64,000 bases of DNA from the NCBI GenBank assembly GCA_930990515.1, contig CAKNPS010000001.1, forward strand, positions 226,661-290,660, written 5' to 3'. Position numbers and translations under genes: made by a program. The stretch comes from an uncultured Clostridia bacterium (GTDB lineage: Bacteria; Bacillota; Clostridia; Christensenellales; UBA1242). Under the pieces are notes generated by a model. The model had not been told where the DNA came from. It made no database searches and saw nothing but the letters and a program-made list of their open reading frames with translations. Positions 40,487-48,558 of the stretch are shown here, in pieces; the stretch's first letter is position 1, and each line of letters starts with the position of its first letter.

Positions 40487-41020
40487 ATGAGTTACGACGC
40501 AATTACAAATAAACTTATCATCTTGTTTGTTATGGATAAAGTGGAGATGCCCCTTACGGAGAACTCCATCATTGAAATCTGTGCAGTGAAAAATAACTGG
40601 CTTAACTATATGGATTGTCTTGATTTATTATATCAACTCTCTGAAGCAAAGTTAATTTATAAAACTCAATGCAAGGAAGGCGAAATGAGATATACTCTCA
40701 CTTTTGAAGGGCGAGATTGCCTTTCTTATTTCTATGAAAGAATACCAAACGAACTTCGTGACGAAATCACAGAATATGCTAAAAACAACCGTATGAACAT
40801 TAAGATGTCACAGGAATATTATGCATCATACACTGATAGTGATGATGGCTCTTATCTTGTCACAATGCGAATTTATGAAAGTTTGATTACCACTCCCCTT
40901 TTTGAAATTAAAGTTAAAGCACCAACAAGACAAAGTGCAGAAGAATGTTGTAAGAAATGGCGACAACAAGCACCAAACATTTATGAATATGTTTTCGACA
41001 ATCTAATCAACACCGATTAA
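40487..41020 (+). CDS. DUF4364-like winged-helix protein
   Basis: NKLIILFVMDK, WLNYM, YTLTFEG and C..W...APNIY pattern; GAGG RBS. Confidence 0.75.
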   Translation: MSYDAITNKLIILFVMDKVEMPLTENSIIEICAVKNNWLNYMDCLDLLYQLSEAKLIYKTQCKEGEMRYTLTFEGRDCLSYFYERIPNELRDEITEYAKNNRMNIKMSQEYYASYTDSDDGSYLVTMRIYESLITTPLFEIKVKAPTRQSAEECCKKWRQQAPNIYEYVFDNLINTD

Positions 41021-41153
41021 TAAAAAAGTTAAAAAATTTTTAACTATATTTTTGTGCGATTTGCTTGCTAAACAATGCTTAATTTTGTTACACTATATGT
41101 GTAGTTTAACAAAAAATTATAAATATTTTACTTACAAAAAAGGAAGGAAAAAT

Positions 41154-41990
41154 ATGAATTATAAAATTGTTACTGAAGCATCTGTTGATATGCCTGAAAA
41201 CTTTGCTAAAGAAAACGACATTACCATTCTTCCAATTGAAGTTAACTTCAATGGCGAATTATACCCAGAAGGACTACCTAACGATGAATTTTATGCAAAA
41301 ATGAAATCTACAGGCATTATTCCTAAGACAAGCCAACCAAATCAATATAAGTTTGAAACTGCTCTAACTCCATATTGCAACAAGGAAGATTGGTTCGTGC
41401 TTACAATTGTCATTTCTTCCAATCTCGCAGGAACAATCGCTCAAGCAAAAAATGCGGTTGAAGCCTTGAATATGAAAAATGTCTATATCTGCGACTCACA
41501 AGTTACCACTTTCGCAGAAGGTGCGTTAATTATGGAAATTGTGAAGTTTATTAAAGAAAAAGACAGAAAGCCACAAGAAGTTATTGACGAACTTGAAAGA
41601 CTTAAATCAAAAATTAAACTTGTTGCAGTTATTTCCGACCTTAAATACCTTAAACAAGGTGGAAGAATTAGCGGCGCTGCCGCTGCTCTTGGCACAGTTT
41701 TAGGTGTTAAACCTATAATCTCACTTGAAGGTGGAAAAGTGGCAAACATTGCAAAAAAGCGTGGCGAACAAGCAAACCTATTTATGCTTGATTGTGTTAA
41801 AAATCGTGATAAATCATATCCTATTTATTTTGGTTATTCTGCTGATTCTAAAAATATTGAAAACTTTGTCAACAAATATTATGAACAACTAGATGTAAAT
41901 CCAGAAAAAATCGAATATAACGGAATTGGTTGTGTTGTCGGCACTCACGCGGGTCCTGGCTGCTATGGAATGGTATATTTTGTAAAGTAA
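41154..41990 (+). CDS. DegV family fatty-acid-binding protein
   Basis: PKTSQP, ISSNLAGT, YLKQGGRI, LGVKPII, VVGTHAGPG. Confidence 0.93.
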   Translation: MNYKIVTEASVDMPENFAKENDITILPIEVNFNGELYPEGLPNDEFYAKMKSTGIIPKTSQPNQYKFETALTPYCNKEDWFVLTIVISSNLAGTIAQAKNAVEALNMKNVYICDSQVTTFAEGALIMEIVKFIKEKDRKPQEVIDELERLKSKIKLVAVISDLKYLKQGGRISGAAAALGTVLGVKPIISLEGGKVANIAKKRGEQANLFMLDCVKNRDKSYPIYFGYSADSKNIENFVNKYYEQLDVNPEKIEYNGIGCVVGTHAGPGCYGMVYFVK

Positions 41991-42049
41991 AATATGTTTG
42001 TGAAAAAATATTAGAAAAAATAGTTGATTATTCTTAAAACCAATATGAT

Positions 42050-42088
42050 AAAAAAGAACTCTATTCTAAAACATTGAGTTCTTTTTTA
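42050..42088. terminator. Bidirectional intrinsic terminator
   Basis: AAAAAAGAACTC...GAGTTCTTTTTT. Confidence 0.6.
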
Positions 42089-42117
42089 TCAATTTAATAT
42101 ATAAATTTAAGTTCTTT

Positions 42118-42399
42118 TAATATAAACTATGTGATGTTAAAATTTTATTAGCATAAAATTTTAATAAATTCTATCGAATTTGTGTGCTAACGCACACTCA
42201 TCACTTAGTATGTATAAACATCAGCCTCACCCTTGCAAGCAAGTTCGGCTTCCGATAATATAAACTATGTGATGTTAAAATTTAAGCAAGTTAAATTTTA
42301 ATTTTGCTAAACGCAAAAACCCAATAAATTGTGTTCATCACAGTATGTATGACCATCAGCCTCACCCTTGCAAGCAAGTTCGGCTTCCGATAATATAAA
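42118..42399. repeat. Structured tandem repeat, two units (138/135 bp)
   Basis: TAATATAAACTATGTGATGTTAAAATTT at 42118 and 42256; CATCAGCCTCACCCTTGCAAGCAAGTTCGGCTTCCGATAATATAAA twice. Confidence 0.9.
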
Positions 42400-42405
42400 T
42401 TAATA

Positions 42406-43041
42406 TTATTTATTTTTTCCATTATTCTTGATTTTTTCTTGCAATCTTTTTTCTTCACTATCGTTATGTTCTTTTAAAAGGTTTAAGCTAGTTTTTCTAA
42501 AACTAACTTTGAATGGGTTATCTGCAAAAACAAATTCCTTCGTTTCTTCACTTGGTACTTTTTCATAATTTGCCTTAGCACAATATTTTAAAAATAAATC
42601 ACTAAATTCTTTTCTTGTTTCATCTGACAAAAGCCACCAAATAAACATTGTTGCATTATGAGAAATTTGGTCTCCAGTGTTAGAATCTCCCCAAGGCAAA
42701 CTTTCCATTTCCCTAATTAAACCATACCTATCACCTTTGTTAGCCAATTCTACAACATTTGCAATAGTAATTAAATTATTCATATAAATTTCTGACCATA
42801 CGAATTCGTCCCTAAAACCTAATTTGTATGCTTCATAACGATTACTAAATAAATACTTAATTATTTCCTCACTTGCAATTTTTCTCTCTTTTGGACCTTC
42901 TTTTGAAAGTTCTAAATTGAATATTCTTTTAATTTCATCTAAATTTTTAGCCACATATTCTGCCATTTTCTTAGCATAACGAAGTCCAAACGGATATCTT
43001 ATTGCTTTCATTTTTAAATATTTTATCATTCTATCCTCCAT
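42406..43041 (-). CDS. Hypothetical protein (orphan-like)
   Basis: 211-aa ORF; no recognisable motif. Confidence 0.65.
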   Translation of the reverse strand: MEDRMIKYLKMKAIRYPFGLRYAKKMAEYVAKNLDEIKRIFNLELSKEGPKERKIASEEIIKYLFSNRYEAYKLGFRDEFVWSEIYMNNLITIANVVELANKGDRYGLIREMESLPWGDSNTGDQISHNATMFIWWLLSDETRKEFSDLFLKYCAKANYEKVPSEETKEFVFADNPFKVSFRKTSLNLLKEHNDSEEKRLQEKIKNNGKNK

Positions 43042-43108
43042 AATTTTTTAATTATGGAATAATTGTAGCAAAATAAAATTATTAAGTCAATATTAATTTA
43101 AGAGATTT

Positions 43109-43327
43109 TTAAATATGTGCACCATAGGGTTTAACGCGTTCGGCTGTAATTTCCACATTGAAAATATACTTTCCTTTATCTCTCCTATAACGCACAACAA
43201 CATCATCGGCAAGCACAAAATAATTTTTTGCAATTGGAGTTATCTCATCGGTCAAGAGCCTTGTCACTCCATTCAAATTTTCAAACTTATCTCTCACTAA
43301 AACTTCTTCCAATCTTAAAGTTTCCAT
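43109..43327 (-). CDS. Divergent MinE-like small protein
   Basis: 72 aa directly after minD; RLEEVLVRDK resembles the MinE contact helix; AAGGAG RBS. Confidence 0.55.
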   Translation of the reverse strand: METLRLEEVLVRDKFENLNGVTRLLTDEITPIAKNYFVLADDVVVRYRRDKGKYIFNVEITAERVKPYGAHI

Positions 43328-43369
43328 AACTTGTCTCCTTTATTTCTAAAATTTCCAAAAGGCTTTTTA

Positions 43370-44161
43370 TTAAACTCTTTTTTTGATATTACGCTTAAAA
43401 TACCCTAAAATTCCACGATATTTATATGTGCAGTCAAAGATTTTTTTGCTTCCGCTGTGAATATTTTCGGACAAAAGGGTAAACGCTCTTGCACTTTCTG
43501 TATCTGTCAAAATTCTTCCATCAGTTGACATTTTGCCAACACTATCATCTTCTGGAATGACGCCAATTAGCGGAATATTCATTGCTTTAACAATGCTTTC
43601 AATGTTGAGCATATCGCCTGAAAGCAATAAATCTCCCCGCATACGATTTATGACAAGATATTTGCTTTCTATATGATAAGAAGAAAGAATGGAAAGAACT
43701 TTATCAGCATCTCTAAGGCTAGATAAATGTGGTGTAACAACAACAATTGCTTCGTCTGCTGGATAAACCGCCCTGTGAAAACCTGCTTCCACGCCTGCTG
43801 GACAATCAAGCAAAATGTAATCAAATGAGTGGTCAATTATGTCAGTTATGTTTTTAATATGTTCCCCTGTAATCTTACTTGATGCATAGGAATGAGAAGA
43901 CGGCAAAAGATAGAGTGAAGGATAGTTAAAATCTTGAATAAGAGCTTGCCTTACCCTACATTTCCCACTCACAACATCAGTAATGTCAAAAACGACTTGT
44001 TTCTCAAGTCCCATAACAACATCAAGATTGTTAAGCCCAATATCCACATCAAGCATACAAACACGGAACCCAAGCCTTGACAAATAAACACCAAGATTAG
44101 CACAAACAGTAGTCTTTCCAACACCACCTTTGCCACTTGTTACAACAATTTTTCTTGCCAA
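43370..44161 (-). CDS. minD: Septum site-determining ATPase MinD
   Basis: TSGKGGVGKTT, DIGLNNLDVVMGLE, DCPAGVEAGF. Confidence 0.95.
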   Translation of the reverse strand: MARKIVVTSGKGGVGKTTVCANLGVYLSRLGFRVCMLDVDIGLNNLDVVMGLEKQVVFDITDVVSGKCRVRQALIQDFNYPSLYLLPSSHSYASSKITGEHIKNITDIIDHSFDYILLDCPAGVEAGFHRAVYPADEAIVVVTPHLSSLRDADKVLSILSSYHIESKYLVINRMRGDLLLSGDMLNIESIVKAMNIPLIGVIPEDDSVGKMSTDGRILTDTESARAFTLLSENIHSGSKKIFDCTYKYRGILGYFKRNIKKRV

Positions 44162-44294
44162 ATTTCATCACCTCTTTGTTATTATAAAATGAAAAAAAAT
44201 ATTATCAAAATTTTGACAAATCATAATTTGTTATATTTTGACTTATTGTGTCAATAAGGCAATATTATCTAAAATAAAAAAATGAGGCAATGCC

Positions 44295-45296
44295 TCATAA
44301 ATTTTTAATTAAACTATTAAGTAATTGTGGGTCAGAAAGTAGTTTCCCTGCACCTAAAATGGTTATATAGTCTGGGTCATCAGAAATCTGAACTGGATAT
44401 TTCAAATTTTGCCTAAAATACTTATCAAGCCCTTGCATTTTTGCACAACCACCGCACACCAAAATTTTATTGTTGATAATGTCAGTCACAACTTCTGGTG
44501 CTAAAGTGTTTATCGTTGTGTCGATTGCTCTTAAAATTTCGTTATAGAAAGGTTCAATCGCATATCGAAGTTCATAGGAATGCATAATAACATTTTTTGG
44601 CGACTTTGTTTTTGCGTCAACACCAGTGATTTCCATATTTAATGTGTCATTTTCAAACAAACTTCCCACATCGTTTTTGAGTGTTTCTGCCGTAGGAAGA
44701 CCAATAACTAAATTTTCTTTGTAAGCAAGATAGTTTACAATTGAAGCATCAATTGATTTTCCGCCAATTGATAAAGTCGCACCTTTTAAAATGTTGGACA
44801 TATTAATGACTGCAATATCGGTGTAAGTTCCACCAATATTTACCACCATATTTACCGTTGAGCCGTCAATTTTTCTACCTTCTCCCACGCAAGAACAAAT
44901 AACAGCAGGAATAAGTTCCACATACCCCATATTAACCGCTTCACAAACTCTCAAAATATTATCCTTTTCACGAGCAGTTATGCCACAAGGAGTTAAGAAA
45001 AGAACATTGTCTTCATAGTCTTTAAAATTAAGTTTAGAAAGCAAGTGTTTTAGAAGCACAACGCTATATTCATAGTTGGAATGTTCACCATAAACGCAAG
45101 GAGTGAAAATTTCAATATTGTCTTTGGTTTTTCCAACAAGTTTTTTGGCATCTTGTCCAAGAGCGATAACTCTATATCCGTCTTCAGTTGGTTCCGCCGC
45201 AACAAGAGTTGGCTCTTTCAAGGCAAGACCTTGTCCTTTTACATAAATGTTTGTAAATCCGCCACCCATTTCAATGGCATACTTAAAACTTTTCAT
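44295..45296 (-). CDS. Divergent MreB/Mbl-family actin-like protein
   Basis: LKEPTLVA, MVVNIGGTYTDIAVI, IGLPTAETLK, LAPEVVTDI, GAGKLL. Confidence 0.8.
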   Translation of the reverse strand: MKSFKYAIEMGGGFTNIYVKGQGLALKEPTLVAAEPTEDGYRVIALGQDAKKLVGKTKDNIEIFTPCVYGEHSNYEYSVVLLKHLLSKLNFKDYEDNVLFLTPCGITAREKDNILRVCEAVNMGYVELIPAVICSCVGEGRKIDGSTVNMVVNIGGTYTDIAVINMSNILKGATLSIGGKSIDASIVNYLAYKENLVIGLPTAETLKNDVGSLFENDTLNMEITGVDAKTKSPKNVIMHSYELRYAIEPFYNEILRAIDTTINTLAPEVVTDIINNKILVCGGCAKMQGLDKYFRQNLKYPVQISDDPDYITILGAGKLLSDPQLLNSLIKNL

Positions 45297-45307
45297 TTTA
45301 TCCTCCT

Positions 45308-46477
45308 TTATTCCACTGTTATACGCGTTCTTGTAATTTCTTGTGTATCTAAATTTTGCGATGTTATAGTTATCGTTTCGCCTGATTCTGCAAAGTAAAA
45401 CAAATAAAACAAATCCATCTTTGTATAGATATTATAAGACATTAAATTATAGTTAACACTTGTAATAAAGTTACCCGAAGAAATTGTTGTGTTATTATAA
45501 ACAAAATCTTCCATAAGATAGATTCCATCAACCCCAGTTTGATATAAGTCGACAACGACTTCAGGCACTTCCACCCAACTGCCATTGTAATAAATACAAT
45601 AAGGAGAATAATCGTCTAAAGCACAATTTAAATAGCAATTCAACTCATACATATCAAACCCATTAAAATTTTCTATCAACGCATTTGAGTAGTTGTCAGA
45701 ATTTTTAATATCATCAATTATATAGTCAATTATGCTCACATCTAAAACCATAACATTTGCATTATTAGTGTTTGATGACATAACATTATAGTTGTATATT
45801 AAACCTAAAAGTTCGCCTTTCCTATTAAAAATACCACCCTGAGAATAGTTAGAATAGTCTGCAACATTATAATAATAGGCTGAAGTGTTTACAAAATCTA
45901 CAATAGTTTTACCATCAACTTCTCTAGTTACATAATCTATATATGGATAAATTGAAATCTCATTAACAGTCAAAATATTGTTTTCTTCCAATGGGTCACC
46001 TGTCACAACAAAAGTTGAATTAAAAGAAAGGGCAGATGAATATATGTCTCCAATTTGAACATAAGGCAAAGATAGTTCTTTAATTTCGTCTTTTAGGTCA
46101 TACATTTTAATGACTGCAAGATTGAAATATGTGTCACAAAAAACGACCTTCCCACCATAAATCTTTCCACTATAACTATAGAGAATATAGTTATCTTCGA
46201 CATCAATTTGACTTGCAAGTGTGACAACATAACCTTCTTCGTCAATATTTACACCATAAAGAGTGGTATCATCTCCTGCAATTCTATAAGAAGCATCAAG
46301 ATAAATTTCTCCAAGGCTTTGGTCTGACATCAAATTCCAAACTTTAAGTTTTGAAGAAATGTCATTAGGTTTTCCAAAGTAGAAATATAAAGCAACTGAA
46401 AAATAACACAGCAAAACCGCTATTAATAAAATTCCTATTATTGAAAAAACTTTCCAAACGCCATTTCTCTTAGCCAT
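45308..46477 (-). CDS. Membrane-anchored protein with degenerate trypsin/HtrA-like domain
   Basis: N-terminal TM, then GYVVT, NLAVIK and GGIFNRKGELLG spaced as in HtrA. Confidence 0.5.
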   Translation of the reverse strand: MAKRNGVWKVFSIIGILLIAVLLCYFSVALYFYFGKPNDISSKLKVWNLMSDQSLGEIYLDASYRIAGDDTTLYGVNIDEEGYVVTLASQIDVEDNYILYSYSGKIYGGKVVFCDTYFNLAVIKMYDLKDEIKELSLPYVQIGDIYSSALSFNSTFVVTGDPLEENNILTVNEISIYPYIDYVTREVDGKTIVDFVNTSAYYYNVADYSNYSQGGIFNRKGELLGLIYNYNVMSSNTNNANVMVLDVSIIDYIIDDIKNSDNYSNALIENFNGFDMYELNCYLNCALDDYSPYCIYYNGSWVEVPEVVVDLYQTGVDGIYLMEDFVYNNTTISSGNFITSVNYNLMSYNIYTKMDLFYLFYFAESGETITITSQNLDTQEITRTRITVE

Positions 46478-46517
46478 ATATTCCTTTTATGATTTTGAGA
46501 TAAATTTTTTGCAAAAT

Positions 46518-47999
46518 TTAGATAATTTGTAAACTCTTTTTAAAGGTTTTCTTGAAATCATCAGCAAGTTTCATACTTTGCATAATTTCAAAAGAAGGGT
46601 CGCTTTTAACAACAGTTTTCATAATGATAGAATCTCCAAGAATATCGCAAATTATATCAGAAATAACATTCTTTCTTGAAGCATTTAAGTTTACTGCAAG
46701 TTTAACTAAAACTCCCAATTTTCTTATTGCATCAACATCTTCATCATCAAGTAAATCTTTATATTTCATAATTTCTGGAAGGTTGAAGTTGTCAAGATTT
46801 TGACACATACAACTAAGAGCAGCAATAAGAATTTCTTTGTGAGTTGCACCAACAATATTGGCATTTAAAATAGTATAATAGCCATGTTTTTCATAGTTAT
46901 TGAAATCAATAAACTTTCCGCAGTCAAACATATATGAAGCAATTTTAAGCGGTTTAACATACGCTCTTGAAAGTTTATGCACAACCTTTAATTGCTTAAA
47001 AAGAAGCACTGCCATATTATAAACGCTAGGGTTAACTGAGAGCCCTTCTTTTCTAAATTCATAATAATTATCAAGACTGTTCAAGAGTAAATCAGTATAT
47101 TTTTCAGTCGGAGTTCCTACAAGATTTTCGAAAATTCTCCCTTCCATACAATTTGCATCGCTTACAGTAATTTCAGAAACTTCAAAAGCCTCATAAAGAG
47201 CCTTAATAATTGCAAGTCCACCCTTCAAACTGTCAGCCCCTTCATTTGAAAGTCCCTTGATTTTCTTGATTTTGTCAATGTCTAAATCTTTAGTGAAATC
47301 AATAACCTTTTTCACTCCATTTTCAGAAAGAATGTAATTATTTTCAATGTCAAGTGGATATCTTTGAAGTTTCTTTTCGACTTTCGCAATATCAAGGAAA
47401 GGCAAGCCAGTTCCAACCAAGATTTCTTCTTCAAAATTCTTAGAAACAGGACTATCTTTCAGTTCTTTCTTCATCATTTGAACAAGATCATTGAAACTTT
47501 CTGTCCTTTCTGATAGGTTAATGTAACCATAAGGCAAAATTGAATAATCAACAACGCTACGGCGATTATATTTAAAAATATGTGTATGGTAACCTGAAAT
47601 ATAAACGCCTGTCCCTTTTGAGCAATCAATTTTTGTGACAACTGATTGATAAATATCTTTCAAAATTTCTTCATCACTTGAAAGAGTAAAATTGATGCCA
47701 GTGTGTGTGTAGATTTCATCTAAAAGTCCACGATAATTTCTTGCTTTAACAATGATGTTTGAAGCAAAAGCAATCATTTTTGTTGCACCAAAAGTTTCAA
47801 TCGTGAAACGATAGATATTCATAATTTTGAGTATATCTGCCCTAGATTTTGGTGAAAAAAGACAATCTTTTGTGACATCTCCTGTCAAATCATAGTCATT
47901 TATGACATCTTCCAAAATTCTATATCTGCCTGCACGACTTTGAATGATTTTAAGTTCAAGTTTTCTTTCAGTTAATTGTATAAAAGCAATGTTTTCCAT
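46518..47999 (-). CDS. Ppx/GppA-family protein (degenerate)
   Basis: ARNY...IYTHTGI, KIKGLSNEGAD, and a C-terminal HD-like domain (LKIASYMFDCGKFI...EKHGYYTILNA..GATHKE). Confidence 0.75.
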   Translation of the reverse strand: MENIAFIQLTERKLELKIIQSRAGRYRILEDVINDYDLTGDVTKDCLFSPKSRADILKIMNIYRFTIETFGATKMIAFASNIIVKARNYRGLLDEIYTHTGINFTLSSDEEILKDIYQSVVTKIDCSKGTGVYISGYHTHIFKYNRRSVVDYSILPYGYINLSERTESFNDLVQMMKKELKDSPVSKNFEEEILVGTGLPFLDIAKVEKKLQRYPLDIENNYILSENGVKKVIDFTKDLDIDKIKKIKGLSNEGADSLKGGLAIIKALYEAFEVSEITVSDANCMEGRIFENLVGTPTEKYTDLLLNSLDNYYEFRKEGLSVNPSVYNMAVLLFKQLKVVHKLSRAYVKPLKIASYMFDCGKFIDFNNYEKHGYYTILNANIVGATHKEILIAALSCMCQNLDNFNLPEIMKYKDLLDDEDVDAIRKLGVLVKLAVNLNASRKNVISDIICDILGDSIIMKTVVKSDPSFEIMQSMKLADDFKKTFKKSLQII

Positions 48000-48016
48000 A
48001 ATATTCCACCTTAAAT

Positions 48017-48187
48017 TTATTTGTCTAAATCAATTGCACTGACAGGGCAACTTGCTTGACAAGCCCCACAGTGAATACACTTTCCTTTATCAATTTGAGC
48101 CTTGCCGTCACTGTCAAAAGAAATTGCCCCAACAGGACAAATAGCAACGCAAGTTCCACAACCAATACATTTTTCTTTATCTACCAT
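48017..48187 (-). CDS. 2[4Fe-4S] ferredoxin (56 aa)
   Basis: Manual translation MVDKEKCIGCGTCVAICPVGAI...CIHCGACQASCPVSAIDLDK; AGGAGG RBS; below the ORF-track cutoff. Confidence 0.95.
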   Translation of the reverse strand: MVDKEKCIGCGTCVAICPVGAISFDSDGKAQIDKGKCIHCGACQASCPVSAIDLDK

Positions 48188-48362
48188 AATAAGCCTCCTA
48201 AAAGTTATGAATAATATATCACAAAAAAGAAAATTTGTAAACCTTTTTACGCAAAATCACATAAACAAATTACATTAATTCATCAGATTATTAATCTAAA
48301 TTAAAAAAGAAAAATTTGATTACAATGAAATAAAAGTAGGCAATACACCTACTCTTACTATT

Positions 48363-48558
48363 ACCAATCAATGATTGAGTTTTTTAATTTGTTTTATTTT
48401 TTACTTAAATGCTTATATCTAAAACTAACTATCGCTAAAATCTAGAAAGTACTACAAGCACCAATCAATGATTGGGTTTTTTGAAAATATTTTCTAAACA
48501 ACTTAATTGCTAATATTTAAACATTACTCTGCCAGAATCTAGAGAGTGTCACAGACAC
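48363..48558. repeat. ~97-bp palindrome-rich tandem repeat, locus A
   Basis: TCTAGA at 48441 and 48538; ACCAATCAATGATTG at 48363 and 48460; homologous to 61791-62008. Confidence 0.85.

Noticed and set aside
42118-42399. CRISPR array or type III toxin-antitoxin RNA array
   Set aside because: Only two long units whose variable parts are related and self-complementary. The array is downstream, not upstream, of the adjacent orphan gene.
44283-44297. GGCAATGCC core shared with hairpins at 61768 and 62267 as a mobile repeat
   Set aside because: Too short, and each copy sits at a gene end with an A/T tail, so ordinary terminators explain it.
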